Below, one piece after another: positions 1 to 12,900 of a stretch of DNA of 64,000 bases (positions within the stretch are counted from its first letter, which is position 1; each line of letters starts with the position of its first letter). The position numbers and the translations under genes were made by a program. The DNA lies in assembly GCA_965200965.1 (NCBI GenBank), contig OZ241744.1, forward strand, positions 2,816,001 through 2,880,000, read 5' to 3'. The stretch comes from an uncultured Candidatus Binatia bacterium (GTDB taxonomy: Bacteria > Desulfobacterota > Binatia > Bin18). A model generated the notes under the pieces. The model ran no database searches. It was not told the origin of the DNA and was given only the letters and a program-made list of their open reading frames with translations.

Positions 1-1
1 A

Positions 2-832
2 GCCTCCCAGCAGTATACCAACTCTGCCGGTGTGACATTGGTCCTGTTTCATCCGACTCCTTTCACAATGGGCGCACCACGCCACCAGAAAGGCCAGCGG
101 GCCAATGAGTTTGAGCGGCCTGTCACCCTCACCAAGCCGTTCTATGCAGGCCAATACGAACTCACCAACGCCGAGTTTCGCCGCTTCAAGCCTGACCACC
201 GCGGGGCTGCCGAGTTGCCCGTGACCTCGGTTCGCTGGATAGACGCGGCCATGTTCTGCAACTGGCTGAGCCGCCAGGAAGACCTGCCGCTGTTTTATCG
301 CATCAATAACGCAGAACTCCTCGGCATTGACCGGACATCGGACGGCTACCGGCTGCTGACCGAGGCTGAATGGGAATGGCTGGCCCGCCGGGCCGGGCGG
401 AAAGCCGACACCATTTTCCCCTGGGGTGATGATCCCATCCTGCCGCCAAAGGCCGGCAATGTCGCCGACGAAAGCGCCCAAGGCAGCACCCCCTCGTACA
501 TCCCCAAGTATGTTGACGGTCATGCCGGCCTCGCCCCGGTCGGCAGCTTTCCCCCGGAGGCGTCCGGGCTGTACGACCTGACCGGAAACGTCAGCGAATG
601 GGTCCACGACTATTATTCAATCGTGGCCGACCCTACGCCGGCCAGCCAGTCCGACCCGTTCGGCCCGGCTGCCGGCCGGTCGCATGTCGTCAAAGGGTCA
701 AGTTGGCGGTCCGGCTCTCTCACCCCTCTGCGCGCGGCCTATCGGGACGGCCTGCGTGAAAGCCGCGACGATGTCGGCTTCAGAATAGCCAGATATCTCT
801 ACGCCGATGACGAAAACGCGTACCACCGCTAG
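2..832 (+). CDS. FGE-sulfatase (SUMF1/formylglycine-generating enzyme-like) domain protein, 5'-truncated by the window
   Basis: Frame is open from base 2. Motifs FTMG, ELTNAEF, LPVTSVRWIDA, YRLLTEAEWEWLAR, GLYDLTGNVSEW, GFRIAR. Confidence 0.9.
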   Translation, partial: ASQQYTNSAGVTLVLFHPTPFTMGAPRHQKGQRANEFERPVTLTKPFYAGQYELTNAEFRRFKPDHRGAAELPVTSVRWIDAAMFCNWLSRQEDLPLFYRINNAELLGIDRTSDGYRLLTEAEWEWLARRAGRKADTIFPWGDDPILPPKAGNVADESAQGSTPSYIPKYVDGHAGLAPVGSFPPEASGLYDLTGNVSEWVHDYYSIVADPTPASQSDPFGPAAGRSHVVKGSSWRSGSLTPLRAAYRDGLRESRDDVGFRIARYLYADDENAYHR

Positions 833-989
833 GCGGCTCATTGCCCCCCTGGTCATCCTGACCTTGGGAGTGCTGGTCGCCGCCGGCCTGCTGGCGGTCG
901 CCGTCGCCCAGTCGAAGCGGCTCTCCTTCAGTCTCAACTCCCCGGCGTCCTTCCCGGTGGATATCAAGATGCGTCGTCTGATTTTCTGA
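807..989 (+). CDS. Small membrane or secreted hypothetical protein
   Basis: Hydrophobic helix followed by SPASFPVDI. Fills the gap between the FGE and ExbB-like genes. Confidence 0.45.
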   Translation: MTKTRTTARRLIAPLVILTLGVLVAAGLLAVAVAQSKRLSFSLNSPASFPVDIKMRRLIF

Positions 990-991
990 CC

Positions 992-1861
992 ATGACCAAA
1001 ACCCTGTCAAATATCCTGGCCCTCGTGGTGTCGGTGGTGGTCGTGCATATCACCTATATCGGCTACATCCGGCCCCAGGCGTCGCTGATTCTCGAGGCTT
1101 CGAGACAGGCCGGCCAATCGGCCCCCCGCCACCTCGTTGTCATCCTCAGGGATTACGAGCAAGAGATTTGCCTGATCCTCATGTTGTGGGGCATGTTTCT
1201 CATTCTTGTCAAATGCCTTGCCATTCTGCGGGAGCAGTACCTTTTTTCAGTTGACCTGCTCGAAGAAGCCGCCCAAGAGGCCCAAGCAACCCACGAGGCA
1301 GAAGAGACGAGCGACCCCGGCCAGGCTTTTCAGGATACCAGCAATCCAGATGTCCCGGTCGGCTTGAGCCGCACACTGAAAACGCTCCAAGCCCTGCCCT
1401 CCGATATCCGGGAAACACCCCTGGTCAGGACCCTGATGACCAGTCTGCGCCGCTTCCTCATCACCCGTGATGTCCAGAACACGTCTGACGCTATTGAGTC
1501 CAGCGTTGAGGCGCTGGCGCTCAAACAGGACGCCGAGAACTCCATGATCCGCTATCTCATCTGGGCCATCCCATCGATCGGATTTATCGGAACCGTGCGC
1601 GGTATCGGTCAGGCCCTGTCTCAGGCCGACCAGGCCCTTGCCGGTGACATTGCCGGGATGACCGAGAGCCTTGGCATCGCGTTCAATTCTACCCTGGTGG
1701 CGCTGTTGATCAGCATCGCCCTGATGTTCATGTTGCACCAACTCCAGCGGCTGCAAGATAACCTGGTGGTCGATACGCAGGACTATTGCGAGACCTTCCT
1801 GCTCAACCGCATCAGCGACCAGGATTCGGGGATTGACAGGATTGAGACCAGAGAATCCTGA
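992..1861 (+). CDS. MotA/TolQ/ExbB proton channel family protein
   Basis: IWAIPSIGFIGTVRGIGQAL ... LGIAFNSTLVAL motifs and TM helices. Confidence 0.9.
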   Translation: MTKTLSNILALVVSVVVVHITYIGYIRPQASLILEASRQAGQSAPRHLVVILRDYEQEICLILMLWGMFLILVKCLAILREQYLFSVDLLEEAAQEAQATHEAEETSDPGQAFQDTSNPDVPVGLSRTLKTLQALPSDIRETPLVRTLMTSLRRFLITRDVQNTSDAIESSVEALALKQDAENSMIRYLIWAIPSIGFIGTVRGIGQALSQADQALAGDIAGMTESLGIAFNSTLVALLISIALMFMLHQLQRLQDNLVVDTQDYCETFLLNRISDQDSGIDRIETRES

Positions 1862-1881
1862 GCATCACGATCAAGCCAGGT

Positions 1882-2946
1882 ATGAAACGGCGGCGCACTA
1901 CACCGGGCTTCAATATCGCCTTCCTGGACATCATGTCATGCGGGCTGGGGGCGATTGTGCTCGTGTTCATGCTGGTCAAAGACGATGTAGAGCGAGCCGT
2001 GCCCGAAACGAGCCGGCTGGAGGCCGACCTGAGCCGCCTTGAGCAACGCCACCGACAACTCCGCCACACTATCCAGGAACTCGGCGACCAGAGCAGGGCC
2101 GTGAGGAGCCGCATTCAGTCCATCTCCGCAGACCTGTCGCGGTTGCAACAGGAGGCGGACCGGAGCCGCGACGCGGCACAGGCCAAGCGCAGACGGCTGG
2201 CGGCCCTTGAAGAGACGATCACACACGCCAATGTCACCACCAAATCAGACGTGATCGAGATTCCCAAGGCTGGCCAGGAGACCTACCTCATCGGCCTCAA
2301 GGTCGAAGGCCGGAAAATCGGCCTGCTCATTGACCGCAGTGCCTCCATGACCGATGAAACCCTCCTGGCGGTCATTCGCCGCAAAAACTCTTCGGACAGC
2401 GAAAAAAAAGCCGGCCCCAAATGGCGGCGGACCAAAGCGATCGTCAGGTGGCTGCTGGCCCGCCTGCCGGCCCGCTCGCAGCTCAGCGTCGTCACCTACA
2501 ACGACACGGCCGGCCATCTGGGCGGTGCCAACTGGAAGCCGAGCCGCGACCCCGCCAGCCTCGATCGCATCCTGCGTGAGCTCGAAGCCGTCGTCCCCTC
2601 CGGCCCGACCAATCTCCAGGCCGGCCTGCAAGCCATGTACGCCATGGCCCCCACCAACCTGTACATTGTCACCGACGGCCTGCCGACCCAGGGCAGTTCG
2701 GGCTACCAGCGCCTCAACCCGTTTGCCGCCTGCGGCGCACTGTGGGGCCGCTCCAATCGTATATCCGGCGAATGCCGGGCCAGACTCTTCCGGCACACGG
2801 TCCAACACACCCGGCCAGCGTCCAGCCCGCCGGTCAACGTGATCCTGCTGCCGATTGAGGGCGACCCCGGGGCCGCGGCCGAGTATTGGCTGTGGACGGC
2901 CACCTCGGGCGGCCTGCTCATCACCCCTGCGCAGACTTGGCCGTGA
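1882..2946 (+). CDS. VWA-domain protein with ExbD-like N-terminal helix and coiled coil
   Basis: FLDIMSCGLGA TM motif, coiled coil, MIDAS-like DRSASM, VTDGLPT. Confidence 0.8.
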   Translation: MKRRRTTPGFNIAFLDIMSCGLGAIVLVFMLVKDDVERAVPETSRLEADLSRLEQRHRQLRHTIQELGDQSRAVRSRIQSISADLSRLQQEADRSRDAAQAKRRRLAALEETITHANVTTKSDVIEIPKAGQETYLIGLKVEGRKIGLLIDRSASMTDETLLAVIRRKNSSDSEKKAGPKWRRTKAIVRWLLARLPARSQLSVVTYNDTAGHLGGANWKPSRDPASLDRILRELEAVVPSGPTNLQAGLQAMYAMAPTNLYIVTDGLPTQGSSGYQRLNPFAACGALWGRSNRISGECRARLFRHTVQHTRPASSPPVNVILLPIEGDPGAAAEYWLWTATSGGLLITPAQTWP

Positions 2947-2980
2947 CAAAGGCGATCGTGAGAACGACCGAGAGCCCGAA

Positions 2981-3934
2981 ATGAGATCAGCTTTTCAGTC
3001 GCAACGTCGGTCGTTCGATATTTTCAGCCTGTCGTTTTTGGATGTGGTGTCGTGCGGATTCGGCGCGGTGATCCTTCTGGTCCTGATCTCCGATTTTTCG
3101 GAGGCGGTCACGCCCCAAGCCCAGACGGATGTTCTGTTGAGGGATATTCTGGCCGCTCGGGCTGTTGCCGACAGCCTGCAATCCGAGCTTGCCGACAAGC
3201 GGGCAGAGGCCGCGGCCCGCCAAACCGTCCTGGCCCAACTGCGGGCCGCGGCTGAGGCGGCCCGCCAGAGCCTCAAGACGAGCAAAGACGAGAACCAAAC
3301 GCTGGACAACAATCTGGCCGGGCTGACGCTGGTTGACCAATCCATACGGCGCGCCGCGGTCCAACAGAAGACTGCTGAGGAAAATGACGAGGAGGTGGGC
3401 GGCATCCCGGTTGACAGCGACTACGTCATCTTCATTGTTGACACATCCGGCAGCATGCAGCAAATCTGGAGCCGGGTGACCCGAGAACTTGAGAACGTCA
3501 TCACCATTCACCCCCAAATCAAAGGCTTCCAGATTCTTAACGACAACGGCGTCCATCTGCTCTCAGCCTATGCCGGCCGCTGGATTCCCGACACCCCAGG
3601 ACGACGCCAGAGCGTCATCAGGCTGTTCAGGACCTGGAACAGCACCTCCAACAGCAGCCCGGTTGAAGGGCTCCACATCGCCTTGCAGCGCTACGCCAAA
3701 CCCGGCCTCAAGCTCTCCATCTATATCTTTGGCGACGACTACACCGGCGGCTCCTACGACCCGGTCATCGAGGTCCTGGCCCGGCTCAACACCAACGCCG
3801 CAAACGGACAACGCCTGGCCAAGGTCCACGCCGTCGGCTTTGTCTCCCCCCACACCAAAGAGCGTTTTCCCATCCTGATGCGTGAACTGACCCGCCAGAA
3901 CGGCGGCACCTTCCTCGCCCTGCCGGTCCGCTGA
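2981..3934 (+). CDS. VWA-domain protein with ExbD-like N-terminal helix (paralog)
   Basis: FLDVVSCGFGA motif, coiled coil, MIDAS DTSGSM, IFGDD. Start placed at ATG 2981. Confidence 0.8.
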   Translation: MRSAFQSQRRSFDIFSLSFLDVVSCGFGAVILLVLISDFSEAVTPQAQTDVLLRDILAARAVADSLQSELADKRAEAAARQTVLAQLRAAAEAARQSLKTSKDENQTLDNNLAGLTLVDQSIRRAAVQQKTAEENDEEVGGIPVDSDYVIFIVDTSGSMQQIWSRVTRELENVITIHPQIKGFQILNDNGVHLLSAYAGRWIPDTPGRRQSVIRLFRTWNSTSNSSPVEGLHIALQRYAKPGLKLSIYIFGDDYTGGSYDPVIEVLARLNTNAANGQRLAKVHAVGFVSPHTKERFPILMRELTRQNGGTFLALPVR

Positions 3935-3953
3935 AACACCCATGCCCCGCCAC

Positions 3954-6900
3954 GGTCTATCCCCGCGTGTGCGGGGGAACCCTCGGATTGATACAGCCGC
4001 CCCGGTGTGTGAACGGTCTATCCCCGCGTGTGCGGGGGAACCGCGCTCCTGAGCCAAGCCTGCTATGTGGAAAAGGGTCTATCCCCGCGTGTGCGGGGGA
4101 ACCAACTGACAGGGCAGAACATGACGAATGAACCCGGGTCTATCCCCGCGTGTGCGGGGGAACCTCACTGGAGACCTAGAGCACCCGAACGCTGGCAGGT
4201 CTATCCCCGCGTGTGCGGGGGAACCTGGAGACCAACACCCGCGAAGCCTTTCTCTGCGGGTCTATCCCCGCGTGTGCGGGGGAACCTGGAGACCAACACC
4301 CGCGAAGCCTTTCTCTGCGGGTCTATCCCCGCGTGTGCGGGGGAACCGGCGACGTGCGCGACTGCTATAGTCGGTTGAGCGGTCTATCCCCGCGTGTGCG
4401 GGGGAACCTGCCAGGCGGACAGAGTGAACTCGCCCTTTTGGGGTCTATCCCCGCGTGTGCGGGGGAACCACCCGACTTCGGCACGGTCTGGATTGGATGG
4501 AAGGTCTATCCCCGCGTGTGCGGGGGAACCGCTCGTCTTCCAGCAGGTGTGCCAAGGGCATGAGGTCTATCCCCGCGTGTGCGGGGGAACCGCGCTTGCG
4601 CTGGGCTGAGGGTCTGTGTCCGGAGGTCTATCCCCGCGTGTGCGGGGGAACCATTCAACAGCTGGGCAGGGTGATGCGCCCGTCGGGTCTATCCCCGCGT
4701 GTGCGGGGGAACCTCACCGGGAGTTGCGTTCGATCTGGAGGGATGAGGTCTATCCCCGCGTGTGCGGGGGAACCACCTCCTGAACCCACCACCACCAGCC
4801 AGCCAGCGGTCTATCCCCGCGTGTGCGGGGGAACCTCCTGGACTCAGGATAAGAATGCCTCATAGGAAGGTCTATCCCCGCGTGTGCGGGGGAACCATCG
4901 AGTGGGCGCATGTGATAGACGCGGATGAGGGTCTATCCCCGCGTGTGCGGGGGAACCCGACTCTGGCCCTGTTCCGTCTAACTGGACGGGGGTCTATCCC
5001 CGCGTGTGCGGGGGAACCATGGTATCAATCAGTTGATTGACGGCAAGCTGCGGTCTATCCCCGCGTGTGCGGGGGAACCGCCCGGCGGTCACTCCTGACG
5101 GGGTGACGGGGAGGTCTATCCCCGCGTGTGCGGGGGAACCCCCTAGTTAGGAGGGCAAGGGTAAGCCTTAGGCGGTCTATCCCCGCGTGTGCGGGGGAAC
5201 CCACTGCGAGCGGCCACCTGGTAGCCTCGGCGCGGTCTATCCCCGCGTGTGCGGGGGAACCCCTCATCGACCAGGTCCATCACTAGGCGCTTCAGGTCTA
5301 TCCCCGCGTGTGCGGGGGAACCTACGGCGGGGATGTTCTGATAGTCGGACAGACAGGTCTATCCCCGCGTGTGCGGGGGAACCGGGATACCGCCAGGGTA
5401 AGCCGACTCGATATCCGGTCTATCCCCGCGTGTGCGGGGGAACCGCACAGGACCGTATCAACGGACACCGGCAGATCGGTCTATCCCCGCGTGTGCGGGG
5501 GAACCATGACCGACGAGAGCCGCATACCGCAAACGACCGGTCTATCCCCGCGTGTGCGGGGGAACCTCAACAGTCAGCAATCCGGCGCAGTTCACCACAG
5601 GTCTATCCCCGCGTGTGCGGGGGAACCGACATCCGTGTGCAGCTTGCGGGTCAGCTCATCGGTCTATCCCCGCGTGTGCGGGGGAACCCGGACCACAGAG
5701 CGACTTGGCGATGTCGTCTTAGGTCTATCCCCGCGTGTGCGGGGGAACCCAACGTCGGTCTCCGCAAGCTCCGCGGATGCCGGGTCTATCCCCGCGTGTG
5801 CGGGGGAACCCGGCTCTCTGAGCCGGGGCTATCCGTCTCAAGAGGTCTATCCCCGCGTGTGCGGGGGAACCCTATCTATACTAATGTCAATAGCCTGTCT
5901 AAACGGTCTATCCCCGCGTGTGCGGGGGAACCCCATCCACCCGGCGGCATAGGGATCGCTGAATCGGTCTATCCCCGCGTGTGCGGGGGAACCTTTCCAA
6001 AGACGAGGGGCAGACCTGGACGCAAGGGTCTATCCCCGCGTGTGCGGGGGAACCGGAGAAGAAGGCAGGAAGGTAGGGGGAGTTGGAGGTCTATCCCCGC
6101 GTGTGCGGGGGAACCGAGGAGACGCTGAGTGAGGCGGCGCTGCGCCTCGGTCTATCCCCGCGTGTGCGGGGGAACCGCCTCTGTTCCACGCGCTGCCAGA
6201 AGGTGGAGAGGTCTATCCCCGCGTGTGCGGGGGAACCCACCGATTGTTCAGCGCTGTCATATTGGAGATAGGTCTATCCCCGCGTGTGCGGGGGAACCAC
6301 GATTGCAGTTCCTCAATCAGCTTCTTGCACCGGTCTATCCCCGCGTGTGCGGGGGAACCGGTTTGGGTTAGCCTCGGAGATCCATCTCCAGAGGTCTATC
6401 CCCGCGTGTGCGGGGGAACCGTGCTCATGTGTCCTCCTGGGCGCGGGCTTGGAGGTCTATCCCCGCGTGTGCGGGGGAACCGTGCTCATGTGTCCTCCTG
6501 GGCGCGGGCTTGGAGGTCTATCCCCGCGTGTGCGGGGGAACCCTTCCTGGACCAGAAAACCGGCGTTTTCGGCCTGGTCTATCCCCGCGTGTGCGGGGGA
6601 ACCAGAGAAGATAGGCCCGCAGCCTATCGGATAGTGGGTCTATCCCCGCGTGTGCGGGGGAACCATACGCAATATGTACCACCGCGTCGGCCAAGAGGGG
6701 TCTATCCCCGCGTGTGCGGGGGAACCGGGTATGGCTTGAAGGATGGCCTGACTGGACTGGGTCTATCCCCGCGTGTGCGGGGGAACCCGGTCCAGCTACT
6801 ACCCGGCCATGACAGGGGGAGGTCTATCCCCGCGTGTGCGGGGGAACCATCCCCAGCCCCCGCCCTCGGTCGCCAAGTCCGGGTCTATCCCCGCGTGTGC

Positions 6901-9900
6901 GGGGGAACCTCGCAAATGCGCCAGCTCAAAGGGGGAGTCGCGGGTCTATCCCCGCGTGTGCGGGGGAACCGAGCTTACGCGCAAGCTGCACACGGATGTA
7001 ACCGGTCTATCCCCGCGTGTGCGGGGGAACCTGAGCGAAATTAAATCTGACCCGGGCGTGAAAAGGTCTATCCCCGCGTGTGCGGGGGAACCTAGGCGGT
7101 CCGCCGATGTGTGTCGCGTGAAACAGGTCTATCCCCGCGTGTGCGGGGGAACCGCATAACACTCTTTGCTATCAAAGACGTATCCCGGTCTATCCCCGCG
7201 TGTGCGGGGGAACCGCTGGAAGAGCTCTTCTGCTTGCGCCTTCGTGAGGTCTATCCCCGCGTGTGCGGGGGAACCAGGCAGAGGGTCATCCGGCAGTGCA
7301 GGCCTACGGGTCTATCCCCGCGTGTGCGGGGGAACCCCTGGAAGATGCCCTTCGGGTAGACATGAGCCGGGTCTATCCCCGCGTGTGCGGGGGAACCCGT
7401 GCTCTGAGTGCAAAGCCTCCGACTCCCGGGGGTCTATCCCCGCGTGTGCGGGGGAACCCGGGCGATCGATCGGCTCGAGCGCACCGAGTTTGGTCTATCC
7501 CCGCGTGTGCGGGGGAACCGATCATTGGCTTAGCCTTGGTAGGACGCTTAAAGGTCTATCCCCGCGTGTGCGGGGGAACCACGCTGAGCGAGGCGGCGCT
7601 GCGCCTCCTGGCGGGTCTATCCCCGCGTGTGCGGGGGAACCAGATCGATGCGTACCTCCAGGCCGTGGGGCGCGGGTCTATCCCCGCGTGTGCGGGGGAA
7701 CCATCTCGCCTATTCCGCAGAGAAAGGGCTCGAGCGGTCTATCCCCGCGTGTGCGGGGGAACCCGCGGGTACGGCGATCGTGATGCGAGCCGCGACGGTC
7801 TATCCCCGCGTGTGCGGGGGAACCATGACAGGCCGCCATTTGCGTTGCTTCATATTCGGTCTATCCCCGCGTGTGCGGGGGAACCTTTACCGCTGGGTCG
7901 ATACGGAAGCTCTCAAGAGGTCTATCCCCGCGTGTGCGGGGGAACCGAACAAATCCACGCCGCCCATGACGAGGAAGACGGTCTATCCCCGCGTGTGCGG
8001 GGGAACCTTGCCCGCGAGCTCTGCGACCCGGTCTATGCAAGGTCTATCCCCGCGTGTGCGGGGGAACCCGCGTCACTCCCAGCGTGGTGGCGGCGCAGCT
8101 CGGTCTATCCCCGCGTGTGCGGGGGAACCCGCTATGTTGATGTTCAACATTGGCTACGCGCGGGTCTATCCCCGCGTGTGCGGGGGAACCATCAACCAGG
8201 GCGGACAGCGCCAGCAGCTCATGGGTCTATCCCCGCGTGTGCGGGGGAACCCAGTACCAGGATGTCCCTGACTCTATGCGCCGGGGTCTATCCCCGCGTG
8301 TGCGGGGGAACCCCAAGAGGCGATCCGCCGTAACGTCCCAGATGGGTCTATCCCCGCGTGTGCGGGGGAACCTCTTCCAGCATGCACGGCAACGGGCCCG
8401 GGCCGGGTCTATCCCCGCGTGTGCGGGGGAACCACGGGGAGGCGCATGTGCGTTTGGCCTATCTGTGGTCTATCCCCGCGTGTGCGGGGGAACCGATCGG
8501 GCCGTGCTGGCCAAGTCTCGCATCCGGGGTCTATCCCCGCGTGTGCGGGGGAACCGCGCTCTGAGACTCCCCCTCGATATAATCCGGCGGTCTATCCCCG
8601 CGTGTGCGGGGGAACCTTGGGCGGTAGTCATGTTGAAACCCCTTTCAGGGGTCTATCCCCGCGTGTGCGGGGGAACCCAAAAGGGGGCTGTATGTATGAG
8701 TCATTCATGCGGTCTATCCCCGCGTGTGCGGGGGAACCGAATACCTGGCTAGCCTTTTTGGGGCTAGCTGCGGTCTATCCCCGCGTGTGCGGGGGAACCC
8801 GTGAGGCGCTTTCAAGCAATGGGGCTGACAAAGGTCTATCCCCGCGTGTGCGGGGGAACCTCAAGAAGACAGTCGTTCACGGCAAGCTGGTGGGGTCTAT
8901 CCCCGCGTGTGCGGGGGAACCCTTACGCCTGGAACAATACCACGGCGACAACCCGGTCTATCCCCGCGTGTGCGGGGGAACCTTGTTGATCTGCCTCTGA
9001 TGACTGAGCGCAAAAGGTCTATCCCCGCGTGTGCGGGGGAACCCCCGGCGCAGTCACCATGTACGGCACCCGGTACGGTCTATCCCCGCGTGTGCGGGGG
9101 AACCGGCTTCGGGTTGGTGTACAAGTTCCACAACTCAGGTCTATCCCCGCGTGTGCGGGGGAACCAGGATAGCCAGTGACGTACATGCACCACTGGCAGG
9201 TCTATCCCCGCGTGTGCGGGGGAACCCGCGGTTCTTCCCACGGAGCCGATGATCCGAACGGTCTATCCCCGCGTGTGCGGGGGAACCGCGTTGCGCCAAC
9301 GGATCAAGTACTTGATGACGGGTCTATCCCCGCGTGTGCGGGGGAACCCATCGCGATTTTTTGGCGCGTCGCCCTGCTCAGGGTCTATCCCCGCGTGTGC
9401 GGGGGAACCCGCGCCTCGCTCCTGCAGTTTTTTGTCCATGCTGGTCTATCCCCGCGTGTGCGGGGGAACCCCAGAGAGATTTTTTTTAGGGTCTTTAGGA
9501 AGGGGTCTATCCCCGCGTGTGCGGGGGAACCTACTGGCAGTACAATGATCCCCACGACAATCAGGGTCTATCCCCGCGTGTGCGGGGGAACCTTACCAGT
9601 ATTGGCGTCAGGATCGCGAAAGAAAGGTCTATCCCCGCGTGTGCGGGGGAACCAACCGACGGTAGAGGCCCAAATACACACCAGAGGGTCTATCCCCGCG
9701 TGTGCGGGGGAACCCATAGACTGCATAGCAGCGAGGCGAGCTTCATGGGTCTATCCCCGCGTGTGCGGGGGAACCGGATCCGCCAGCTGGGTGAGAAACG
9801 GCAAGATGGGTCTATCCCCGCGTGTGCGGGGGAACCCGCACCGGTCCCCGACCGAACTGGCGGCTGTACGGTCTATCCCCGCGTGTGCGGGGGAACCATA

Positions 9901-12900
9901 CTCCGGAGACTCGGCGTGCCACGGGACTTCGGTCTATCCCCGCGTGTGCGGGGGAACCACTACGCTCGGCTGGCTGCCGCGTCTTGAATACGGTCTATCC
10001 CCGCGTGTGCGGGGGAACCCGATCCGCGGGCCTTTGGTCCCGTGCGCAAATGGGTCTATCCCCGCGTGTGCGGGGGAACCCGCTGCGTCGTCAAGGCGTT
10101 GTCAAACCGCCCAGGTCTATCCCCGCGTGTGCGGGGGAACCACAGGTAGAACGGTTGCTCACTATTCCCCAGAGGGTCTATCCCCGCGTGTGCGGGGGAA
10201 CCCATCGGTGTTAGGCGCTCGGTGCGTCTTCACAAGGTCTATCCCCGCGTGTGCGGGGGAACCGCGTCAGCCGGGATTGTAGCCTCTCCTGCCTCGGGTC
10301 TATCCCCGCGTGTGCGGGGGAACCTCTTTATCTCAGCGGTGGAGCAGCTATCCAAGAGGTCTATCCCCGCGTGTGCGGGGGAACCACAGGCATCGAGGAG
10401 AGCACGGGCCGCATGGACGGTCTATCCCCGCGTGTGCGGGGGAACCACCCAGTTAGCCGACTGACGGAAATATTCCAACGGTCTATCCCCGCGTGTGCGG
10501 GGGAACCAGAATCCCCCGCCCGCTTGGTGGCAGACCCGTAGGTCTATCCCCGCGTGTGCGGGGGAACCACAAGGTCAATCAGAGCCTCAATCAGATATGG
10601 AGGTCTATCCCCGCGTGTGCGGGGGAACCCTGGACCAGCCGGAGGCGTAAATGGCATTCTGGGGTCTATCCCCGCGTGTGCGGGGGAACCACCTTCAGGC
10701 GAGAACCGCCTTGAGCAACCCCAGGTCTATCCCCGCGTGTGCGGGGGAACCATCGAAACAGGAGCCAGTACCCAACCGTTATAGGGTCTATCCCCGCGTG
10801 TGCGGGGGAACCGTTCAGCCCGATTTCGGTACGGTATGGATAGGCGGTCTATCCCCGCGTGTGCGGGGGAACCGAGGATCGCCAGTCGGCTTCCGGGTAT
10901 GGACGCGGTCTATCCCCGCGTGTGCGGGGGAACCCGTCATCTTATCTCCGAGATCGACATAGCCAAAGGTCTATCCCCGCGTGTGCGGGGGAACCTCCAC
11001 TGGCAAGAGCCGGTCGTTCGGCACGAAGGGTCTATCCCCGCGTGTGCGGGGGAACCGCCAACACGCATCGTCGATGACGCTGACGGTACGGTCTATCCCC
11101 GCGTGTGCGGGGGAACCCATGCGAGTATTGCCGGGTAGCGAAGAAGCAAAGGTCTATCCCCGCGTGTGCGGGGGAACCACCCAGTTAGCCGACTGACGGT
11201 AGTACTCCAGCGGTCTATCCCCGCGTGTGCGGGGGAACCGCTGGTAAGCGGGAAACCAAGTATCGCGTGACAGGTCTATCCCCGCGTGTGCGGGGGAACC
11301 CGTCTGATATTTCGGCGACAAAGCGCGGTTGGAGGTCTATCCCCGCGTGTGCGGGGGAACCAATCGAACCGACCTTCATAGCGGAATGTAAAGGGGTCTA
11401 TCCCCGCGTGTGCGGGGGAACCCCCATCCAGTCGATACGACCTTCGAACCGGAAGGGTCTATCCCCGCGTGTGCGGGGGAACCTACGGCAGCCTACCGTA
11501 CAGATAGTTGATCGCGGGTCTATCCCCGCGTGTGCGGGGGAACCGACGGGCTTCCTACTTTCGTGAGACGCTGAATGGGTCTATCCCCGCGTGTGCGGGG
11601 GAACCACTATGGTCCGGCGGCTGGGCGGTGGTGGCGCAGGTCTATCCCCGCGTGTGCGGGGGAACCACTTGCTTGCAAGTCATGCGCAACCGTCGTCACG
11701 GTCTATCCCCGCGTGTGCGGGGGAACCACCGAGACCAAGGCGGAAACGACGATACGCGGGGGTCTATCCCCGCGTGTGCGGGGGAACCCATCGCCCGATA
11801 TCCAGGCCCAGGCTGTGCGTAGGTCTATCCCCGCGTGTGCGGGGGAACCACCACAGACCAATCGAGCCCGGGCAAGAAAATAGGTCTATCCCCGCGTGTG
11901 CGGGGGAACCGCCGCCCAACCTTCTTCGTAGATGTGCCTCAGCGGTCTATCCCCGCGTGTGCGGGGGAACCGCGGAGCGCCCGGGCGCTGGGCCGCGTTG
12001 ATTGGGTCTATCCCCGCGTGTGCGGGGGAACCACTTCCAGAAGACGGGAGAATGGCGCTGGTTTGGGTCTATCCCCGCGTGTGCGGGGGAACCTGCAAGA
12101 CCTGAGCGATCATTGCGCGATGTTGGGGTCTATCCCCGCGTGTGCGGGGGAACCGTCCGACAGTAGATGATGCTCACATGCCGTCTCGGTCTATCCCCGC
12201 GTGTGCGGGGGAACCACTGGCTGACCAATGTCAGATGCACCAGTCTTGGGTCTATCCCCGCGTGTGCGGGGGAACCGTTCAGCCCGATTTCGGCACGGTA
12301 TGGGTCGGGGGTCTATCCCCGCGTGTGCGGGGGAACCACTCGGCCTTCCTGGCTCAATACGGTGTCCAGGGGTCTATCCCCGCGTGTGCGGGGGAACCAC
12401 AATCTGGCTCAACTCGGCTGGCTCTGGCCTCGGTCTATCCCCGCGTGTGCGGGGGAACCGTCAAGCGGGGAGCTCGTATCGTCCCAGTACGGGGTCTATC
12501 CCCGCGTGTGCGGGGGAACCGCTGCCCTGCGTCGTTGGCTGATGCCTTTGCGCGGTCTATCCCCGCGTGTGCGGGGGAACCCCCGTCGGCTTGGGCTGAT
12601 GTGTGGTCCGAGGCGGTCTATCCCCGCGTGTGCGGGGGAACCAGACACCACAGCCAGCCATGTTCCGAGAAGAACGGTCTATCCCCGCGTGTGCGGGGGA
12701 ACCAGACATATATGCCACCCGGCGATTTTCTCGCCAGGTCTATCCCCGCGTGTGCGGGGGAACCGCAGCTGCTCCGCTCCACTGGCATCTGGCCGCGGGT
12801 CTATCCCCGCGTGTGCGGGGGAACCCGAAGGAGAAAATGACCCAGTGGGAATACATAGGGTCTATCCCCGCGTGTGCGGGGGAACCCGATTTAGCCATGC

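Noticed and set aside
1820-1862. CAGGATT...AATCCTG inverted repeat at the end of the ExbB-like gene
   Set aside because: Single short copy in the window; not enough to call an element family.
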